A stretch of DNA of 64,000 nt. It comes from Macrostomum lignano (taxonomy: Eukaryota). The position numbers and the translations under genes were made by a program. The stretch covers positions 62,001-126,000 of the forward strand of contig NIVC01000680.1 of the NCBI GenBank assembly GCA_002269645.1, given 5' to 3'. Below are positions 56,254 through 64,000 of this stretch, one piece after another. The first letter of the stretch is position 1, and every line of letters starts with the position of its first letter. The notes under the pieces were generated by a model. It made no database searches. It saw only the letters and a list, made by a program, of their open reading frames with translations, and was not told the DNA's origin.

Positions 56254-59200
56254 TCAAAAAAGCGGCGACTTGGCCACTTGTACTTTTACAAACAGCGTAT
56301 CATCCTTCAGGAAGCCCTTGGGCTCCAGGTCGTCCTTCGGGCAGAACTGCTCAAAGCCGAACAGCTGGCCCGTTGGCTGCGTCGGCCGCTGGAACTGAGA
56401 CGACCCGTCTGGCACAAAGTGCCGCGTCAGATGGTCAGACGGTGAGCTCTGGTTCATCAGAGTGAAGCTCACCTTATTCTTGAACGGCCAAGTCAGGGCG
56501 GCATCGTAGGGGCCCTTGTTGATTCGGGCGAACAGGCTGATGTGGCTGCCGCGGCCGCGGCCCTGCCCGTTGAGATGGACCACCGCTGACAGCTTGTAGC
56601 TGGGGGAGAGGGATGTTAAATAGCTGATGTCAGAGTAAGCTGTCATACAGAAGCCACTGAAGGAAGGTGGGGCCGTAGCCCAGCTTGGGTCTGCTAGTGA
56701 AATTAACGGCTTTGACGACCAACCCACAGACAGCTGCCTCTAACAAAGAAAAAAATGTCAGTTAGCTCACCCGAATTTGTCAGTGAACAGCAGAGGCGAA
56801 TACAGCACTGGCTCATAATCTGTGCTGGTTGTTCTCTCTTTAAAAAAAGGAATTTTCCATATAAGAGTGCCGTCACTGCTGCCAACCTCCTGCAGACTGA
56901 TGTTGCGATCCAGGTCGCATATTCGAACTTCCTGTAATAAAGAAAGAAACATAAAGTTATGAGAACTAAACTAATTAAACTAACAGCAACAAAGTACGCA
57001 GTGCTTCAGTAAGCCCTAGAGTCGCTCAACATGCGGGTATCTCTGGGTCCTGGCTTGACCCCGCCTGAACGGTCCCGGCAAAGTGAGCAGCAGGACGTAC
57101 TGGACAGGCTGGGGCAGCAACTCTCAGCCAGGATCACATGGCCTGCGCCAGTAGGAGTCGCTGCTGGATGGTGGACGGAGCTGGACTGGATTTTCCATTT
57201 CCAACCTCTGAAGAACATCATCTCTCTTGCGATCCAGGAGCTTTTCTTTATTCCTACCAACCGATGAGGATGGACATCAACATATGCTAATGAGCCTTGT
57301 ACATCTTGGATGACTTGCGATCATGTATCTTTGGAAGATACTCGGGGCGGTCTTAATACCGAAAACTAGTCGGCTGCAGTTGTAATCGCTGAAGTCGCTG
57401 ACAGTCGCTGAAGTCGCTGACAGTAGCTGACGATCACTGACAGTCGCTGACAGTCGTTGACAGTCAATGACAGTCGCTGACGATCACTGACAGTTGGTGA
57501 CAGTCGCTGAAGTCGCTGACAATCGCTGAAGTCGCTGACAATTGCTGACAGTCACTGAAGTCGCTGACAATCGCTGAAGTCGCTGACAATTGCTGACAGT
57601 CGCTGACAATCGCTGACAGTCGCTGACAATTGCTGACAGTCGCTGACAGTCGCTGACAATTGCTGACAGTCGCTGACAATCGCTGACAATCGCTGACAAT
57701 CGCTGACAGTCAATGACAATCGCTGACAGTGGCCGACAATCGCTGACAGTCGCTGACAATCGCTGACAGTCAATGACAATCGCTCACAATCGCTGTCACT
57801 GACGATCACTGACAGTCGCTGACAATCGCTGACAGTCAATGACAATCGCTGACGATCACTGACAGTCGCTGACAATCGCTAATGATCACTGACGATCACT
57901 GACAATCGCTGAAGGTCGCTGACAAACCCAGAGTCACGAGAGCTAGGAAAACCAGCGCGAAAAATAATAAAGACCAACACAGGCTTGGGGGCAGACGGAC
58001 CCTCCGGCTAAGCCTAAGTCAACAAAAAAGAGCAAAACAGAGCAAAGAGAAAATAGACTAGCCGCACCGGCCAGCCAATCAAAACCCCGCCTGGGAGGAA
58101 GGGGCCAAACCCGCAGCCAATCAGCTCTGAGCACGGGGCAGGGCGCACGGCTGGGGAGGGGCACGCAAAAAGCCCGGCCGCCAGCCAGACCTAAAGTACC
58201 TGCAAACCAGACAACAAGGGCGCTTGCACTGCATAACCAACTAACAGACTGACTAACCGACTAAGTATAAACAAACAGATTAACAGATGGCAAAAAATAA
58301 TAAAATACTTGGGTTACAACGAAACTGACGAACCTTAAGCGACATGGCGCACAGAAGTTCCTTGTAAACGGCATCTCCAGCGCTAAGCTCTTCGTACTGG
58401 CGCTGCATCTGGGCCATAAACGGCTCCATAGCCCGATAGGTCACAGCCAGCTTCTTACTCATCACGTCGCGCTGTTTGTCCAACTCATCTGGAGCAATGC
58501 GCGAGAATCTCATTCTCTCGAAAAACTCTGCCTGACCACGCGGATCGCTGGTCTGCTTGGGGTGCTCCGGATAGCCAAACTTCTCCAGATTGTACACCAA
58601 CTCGGCTTTGTCAAATACATCTTCAACTATTTTCATTTCCATTTGCGAGGTTGAAACGCTCGAAGCTGAAGGCTGAGGGTACAAGTAAATTCAATTGACA
58701 TTTGACTCGACTTGAACAACTTTAAACTTTTTGCTGGGTTACACTGCCAAGCGCAAATAATCAATCATAAATAAAATTGGTTTACCAACTATGCTCACCT
58801 CCAAACCAACAGCACCAGAATCGCCAACTTCTTGACCTTCTGAGCACTGTACAGCGCGCGATTTAGCTTTAGCCAGGAGCCTGTCAGTGTGCAAGGCTAC
58901 ATATTCCTGGCGATGCTCTTTAGCATTGGACACTGGCCCGCAGCCAAACGGACATGGTTGACCATCAGACCAACCAACCGGACAGTCAGTCAGCGCGTGC
59001 TTCCGCCTGGCTTCATCAGTGTCTCTTATCCTAGCTGAGCAGGAGATGCAGAGCTGCGTACTGCCAATGCACTCTCGATTTTTGTGCTCCTCTATCTGGT
59101 CATTGGGCACAGATTCTTTGCAAGACTCGCACACGACCCTTCGTTTCGGGCACTGGCTTTTCAGATGCTTGTCCATTGCACTGGCTGGCAATTGAGTGTT

Positions 59201-59566
59201 GCATTGGTCACAATGAATTTCTCTGTGCTGGCAATCTGATTCCATATGCTTTATTAGATCAGGCAGCAACATCTTCTCTGGGCAAGGTTGCCAGCGGCAG
59301 TTAAATTTTGTTTTATTGAGTTCCCGGCTCATTGCTGGATCTGGATTGACACTGCTTCTGGTCAAATGAGGCACGTCATCTTCGTCTTCTTCTTTACAGG
59401 CAATGCAGTCCATGCCTTCATCAGTTATTGCGTCTGCACAGTATCTGTGACCGCACACAGCCTGAACAGGTGACCTCATCAAATGCTTGCATTTCGGACA
59501 CTTGAGTCGATTTTGCACCTGTTTCAGTTTGCCAACTTTTAAGCCGCATATGCCTCGGTCACCCAT
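56254..59566 (-). CDS. TRAF: TNF receptor-associated factor (TRAF family), 4 coding exons, 537 aa
   Basis: Exons 59566-58799, 58672-58334, 56931-56771 and 56599-56254 with consistent phases (0,0,2). RING-like CPKC...CGHRYC...CIAC, several TRAF-type zinc fingers, a helical region, and a MATH domain (DGTLIWKI, FTDKFGYKLSAVVHLNG, GSHISLF, KGPYDAALTWPF, FQRP, FLKDDTLFVKV). Orthology to a numbered TRAF was not determined. Confidence 0.93.
57195..57372 (-). pseudogene. Decayed LTR-retrotransposon reverse transcriptase fragment in TRAF intron 2
   Basis: The minus strand reads RLVFGIKTAPSIFQRYM, then after frameshifts QVIQDVQGSLAYVD and (ILIG...)LLDRKRDDVLQRLE, which are Gypsy RT motifs. Confidence 0.7.
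57385..57925. repeat. 10-bp minisatellite (TRAF intron 2)
   Basis: GCTGACA(G/A)TC variants. Confidence 0.93.
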
Positions 59567-60789
59567 TCCTCTGCTGAAATTAATTATTATAATTGTGCAT
59601 AAGTCTCAGAGGAAGGGAGGTAAGTTTTATTACTTATCTAATAGATGTTTAAGAAGCAAAACATATTACTAGTTATTTATGAGCATACATAGCGAATTTC
59701 ACTGAATTCCAAATAAATAAAATAATTTTCAAAACTCATTTAAAATTTGTACACATCTGTTATATAATATCTTTAATAAGTCAAAGTATTGCCATTTAAT
59801 TTCATGCTTGATTATTGGTTCAAACTACTAAAATAAGTTCAACTTTGATTTATTAATAATTGAATTTTGAAGTTAGCAAAAGTACTTAGCCAATGAAAAA
59901 TGCATAGTAGTAAGTATCCCAGTTGAGACAAAATGGCATAGCAGAGTAGATGCAAGCTAAGATTCCTTGTTGTAAGGCCTAGCAATCATATTTCTTTAGT
60001 CCTATACATGTAGTCTAATGGGATTTGTAAAAGTAAGGGAAAGTTATATTTGCTTATAGCATTTAACATATTAGAGGTCTACTGCTACTGCATAGATGGG
60101 CAAGTGGGCATTGCTGCCTGACAGCAGAGTTTATCTACTTTAGTGGTCTAGTGCCAAGCATCATGGACAACTAACACTATTGAACATAACACTATTGAAT
60201 AACACTATTGAATAAAGCTTAAATTCAAAAATAGGCTATGCTTATTACTTATTATCTAAATCTTATCATAATACTTTGATTTCATTTTTTGAACTTGCAA
60301 AGCCATCTTTAAAATTGACTTTATTGTCTTGAAATAATTTTGTAGATAATCTCTTTATCTTTAATACTTAAGTCCCTAGCCTCTAACTAGATAGTTTTAT
60401 TAAGAATAAGATTAAGTAAAATGGTAAAAGCAATAACTAAAGGCCCAATGATAATTAAAGTTAGAAGATATATTAAAGAATAGTCTTATAGCAAGTCATA
60501 GAATGAAGTCTATATATCTATATATTTTCTTTTTTTATAATATGATTTATGTTTACTAATTAGTAGGTCTATTCCTAGTCTTTCATAATTAAAGCTTATT
60601 ACCTTATTACCCCCGTAGCTACCAAGTTGTGAAAAAAAATTCTCAATTTTTGTTGTTTATATATGTAAAAGTTTTAGGAGTATTAAATCAAATTTTGTAT
60701 TGCTTTATGAGCTCAATGAGCTGCTTCAGATAAAATAGAAACCAAACTAACCCACTCAAATGTTCCAGCCATGTTGACTAAAAGACACG

Positions 60790-61773
60790 AAATCACTGCT
60801 TTGCTTTGCGTGGGCCACATCAATGTGTTTATTGCCACTTGATAGTCTGTTGTGACCCAAAGACTGTTTACAATGCCAAGCAGCTTCTAGAGGCTGAAGA
60901 GACTTTGGAGAGATGTCCTGGCTCTGGGCATCCAGCCAAACTCCATCTGGCCCAAGTTAAGAAGACTTTCATGGGCAACCCGAATTGCTCTATCATTTCA
61001 GCTGCTGCCGATGCAAATGTGAGCTGCTCTACCATGTCCAGGGCTGTTAAGAAGGCAGGCGGAGTCTCAATATGTCTGGCAGAGTGGCCCTTGTTAACAC
61101 AACGTCAATAGGATGTCTGGTTAGAGTGCTCTAAGAAGCTGCTCAACTTCCTGAAATCCTGACCAGCTGGCAGGACAATCATCTTCTTTGATAAAAAGAC
61201 ATTTTCAGTGGATCTTGCATTCAACAAGCAAAATGACAGGTTTGTAAGCTTTGAAAGTGCAGACAAGGTGGGCTGTGTGATATCAACAACAAAGCACCCA
61301 GCATTGGCTATGATGCTTGGTGTGATTAGCTCCTCTGGCCATTTAATGCCTCCTATGTGGTTTCCCATTGGATATTGACTCATAGCTACAGAATATAAGA
61401 AGGTATTGGAGGAGCAAGTCTTGCCCTGGATCCACCCTATTGTCTCTAACAACAACTGTGTGTTTCAACAGGATGGCACCCCAGCTTATATGGCCCTCCT
61501 TGTCCAGAAATGGATGGATGAAAACATGAGGTTTTGGCCAAAGGACTTTTGGCCGAGCTACAGAGTCCAGACCTTAACCTATTAGACTTTAGTGTATGGT
61601 CACATGTGGAGTCTGAGGCCTGCTCTGTTTACCACCAAAATATGGAATCAATGAAGGCTTTAGTCGATGAGGTGTAAAACAGCCTGCCAGCCAAATACAT
61701 CAGAAAGGTGTGCTTTGCCTTTTGACCCCATTTAGAGCAAGTGATCCAAGCCAATGGAGGCTATATTGAATAG
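60790..61773 (+). pseudogene. Decayed Tc1/mariner-superfamily (maT-like) transposase
   Basis: IIFFDKKTF, VFQQDGTPAY, DFWP..SPDLNLLDFSVW and a terminal VIQANGGYIE* give a DDD triad with ~36-37 residue spacing. There are several stops and a frameshift, and no TIRs were identified. Confidence 0.85.
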
Positions 61774-61787
61774 AATAGAGGGTCCCA

Positions 61788-61880
61788 GGTCAATTCGGTG
61801 ACAAGACATTTCGGTGACAACAACTTCGGTGACAACTTGGGACGTTTCGGTGACACCAGTGGTCAATTCGGTGACAAGCT
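61788..61880 (+). mobile_element. Transposon-end-like cluster of TTCGGTGAC subterminal repeats
   Basis: GGTCAATTCGGTGAC start plus about five TTCGGTGAC copies. The matching inverted end is not in the window. Confidence 0.45.
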
Positions 61881-62272
61881 TTTTAGACTTGATTTGACTA
61901 TTTTTCGTTGTTAAATATTAATATATATAAGCTGTTAATACGGCTCGTATAAACTCTTATTAAAGTAATAAAGGTTCGTATGCTATACTATCAATTATCA
62001 TTTTGTTTGAGTGCGTTTCGAGGCATAATGTCACTTATGTTTAACAGCGCGCACTTAATTTTATCCATACTTTTAATTTTTCAACCCAAGTCAACGACAA
62101 TTGATTATTAGATTTTTTGTACTACATCTATATGTACATGTATTGTAGATGTACATGTACGTCTTAAAAGCCATTGAACGAGTTCAGAAAACAACTGTAT
62201 ATCTAATAGCGTAGCTTATGACTGTACATGTTTTTATGTGCTAATTCAGGGACTATAAGGCAAGGGGCGCCA

Positions 62273-62498
62273 ATAGGGGCGGACGTACCCGCGGATAGAG
62301 CTTGATAGAACTTATTGAGCCCCCAAAAACCTAAGTTTGCACCCTTTAAACTAGATTTTTTGCCTCCTACACGCATTTTTTGCACCCCTAGCTTAAAAAT
62401 TGGCGCCCCTCATACTCATGAATTATTGGCGCCCAAAACTTGGACCGACGCCCCGGCCCCCCCTTCGGCCCCCAAAAGAAATTCTAGATCCGCTACTG
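62273..62498. mobile_element. Degenerate hAT-like non-autonomous element
   Basis: The ends resemble the CAGTGGCGGATCTAG-type TIR (minus strand CAGTAGCGGATCTAG, plus strand GGGGCGGACGTAC) with a GC-rich interior. Confidence 0.35.
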
Positions 62499-62504
62499 TG
62501 TGTG

Positions 62505-62949
62505 GGTCACTGGTCAGATCGTCATATTGGCCATTTCGTCATATCGGATGACGAAGTGACCAGAAGCAAAGTAGCTTTGAAAAATAATATGACGAAGTGA
62601 CCAAATATTTAGTTATGCTGGATACTTCGTCATCAAACCAATCAATCTGTGTGAGATTCGAGTTAGTGTAAACTATTTTTGTCTTTATTAACTATCAGCT
62701 GCGGCAAGCAGAACCGATCGATCGACAGGTTTTATCAATCGAGATGTCAAAATGACTGGGATGATTAGGATTCCATGTAAATATGTTTAATTGCCACATC
62801 AATTCACTTGGAAGTTGGAACTGGTGGATGACGAAATGACTCTCTTGAGGTAGTGCATGCAAATCAAGATGACGAAGTGACCCTAGTCGAGGTGGGCACC
62901 CCAGACACCCCAGATGACGAAATGGCAGATGACGAAGTGACTAGGAACC
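62505..62949. mobile_element. MITE-like element with imperfect TIRs and GATGACGAA subrepeats
   Basis: Left end GGTCACTGGTCAGATCGTCAT..GCCATTTCGTCAT versus reverse-complemented right end GGTTCCTAGTCACTTCGTCATCTGCCATTTCGTCAT. Flanks TGTGTGTG / TGTATGTG give a possible 8-bp TSD with one mismatch. Confidence 0.6.
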
Positions 62950-63581
62950 TGTATGTGCGCCTCACAGAGTATAGATTATGGGTGAGTTGGCTTGAAATTT
63001 ATCATGTAATTAATTTTGGCGCTTATTGACAAAGCTGTACTGTGAACTTATGGTCGTGGCGATCGTGACCATGTTAACATAAACACATGTGTACAAATGT
63101 AAAGTCATACAAAACTTGGTCTTCTACATTTAGTAAATGAATAACACTTATTCGTTCATTCAGCAACACAGTTAAGTGAATGTGATAATTATACTATATA
63201 AGAAAATTGCTGTGCTCTTGTTGGCACTCATTACATCACAATTACTGGTTGCTAACCGCTAAATCCATGAATCACAGAACCAGCATTAAGTTATGCTAGG
63301 TAATTTAAACGGATGTGGTCAATCAGAATTGCTTACTTTCTACGCAATCGAAATTCTGTGATATTGTGATATTCTATTGGTTAAAACGCCATCACATTAC
63401 GTGTATATTGCGCATGCGTCCTATATCAATACTTTTACAGAAGCAATTGAACGCAAGACCCATATAGCTACCAGTCGGCGCACTATATATTTACTCTTTA
63501 ACACTCAAGAATATCGACTTAATATCTTCTCTGCATCTAAAAAGCAACTAGCTAGCTAAAGAATACTAGCTCAATTGTCTG

Positions 63582-64000
63582 ATGGAAGTCGAAGAAGACG
63601 TCTGTCCAGCGTGTGTCAGAGCAGTAACTGACGAGGAGCCTGCATTAAATTGTGACAAGTGCAAACATTGGTTCCATCGACTGTGTTTGACTGGTAAGTT
63701 TATGCCCTATATTCTGCATTCCATCAACTTAGTGTGTATTCATTCTTAAAATGGAAGAGGAGAAAGAGGGTAGAGGGGGGAGAAGGTAGAGGAGAGAGTG
63801 AAGAGGAAAAGAGGGTAGGGGAGAGAAGGTGGGAGAGAGGTAGAGGGGGAGAAGGTAGAGGAGAGAGTGAAGAGGAAAAGAGAGTAGGGGAGAGAAGGTG
63901 GGGAGAGGAGGTAGAGAGGAGAGAGGGTATGTGGAGAGATGATAAATGGCTGAAATTGTTTTTGCTTTTTATTTTAGGAGCATCGTTCATTTCTGCTGCA
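63582..64000 (+). CDS. 5' part of a PHD-finger protein gene (continues beyond the window)
   Basis: Exon 63582-63693: MEVEEDVCPACVRAVTDEEPALNCDKCKHWFHRLCLT, a Cys4-His-Cys pattern, with donor G|GTAAGT. The next acceptor is TTTTAG at 63977 and the frame continues GASFISAA. Confidence 0.72.
63745..63935. repeat. GA-rich tract with an internal duplication (PHD gene intron)
   Basis: Purine-rich, with GGGGGAGAAGGTAGAGGAGAGAGTGAAGAGGAAAAGAG present twice. Confidence 0.85.

Noticed and set aside
55441-56257. Hydrophobic minus-strand ORFs downstream of TRAF
   Set aside because: AT-rich sequence with Phe/Ile/Leu bias expected from base composition, and no motifs or convincing splice sites.
56600-56727. 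N-terminal part of the 157-aa ORF 56254..56727
   Set aside because: It is intronic read-through. The MATH exon starts at the CCCCCAG acceptor (56599), which restores FTDKFG-YKLSAVVHLNG.

Overview
Eukaryotic (invertebrate metazoan) genomic DNA with GT-AG introns and no prokaryotic features. The gene content and satellite-filled introns suggest a Macrostomum-like flatworm, which is an inference only. Most long ORFs in the supplied track are artefacts of tandem repeats. The main feature is a ~45-kb, 40-exon plus-strand gene (5246-50213) that I spliced by hand. It encodes a ~2,190-aa secreted protein: signal peptide, Ala/Pro linker, 37 strictly alternating Cys/Lys/Arg-rich modules (19 type A with 3 Cys, 18 type B with 5 Cys) on symmetric phase-1 exons, then VWD(GDPH)-C8-TIL and two ShKT domains. 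All exon phases agree except a one-base deletion in exon 8. Its introns carry about 25 minisatellites, nearly all with different units, two Ty3/Gypsy insertions (both inside arrays), a SINE-like repeat and a nested antisense gene for a small type I membrane protein with a TNF-receptor-like Cys-rich ectodomain. Downstream are a 4-exon minus-strand TRAF gene (RING, zinc fingers, MATH), a decayed Tc1/mariner transposase, small elements with subterminal repeats and the first exon of a PHD-finger gene. The 3' end of an unidentified gene lies at the window start. All coordinates were read by eye and no database search was run.
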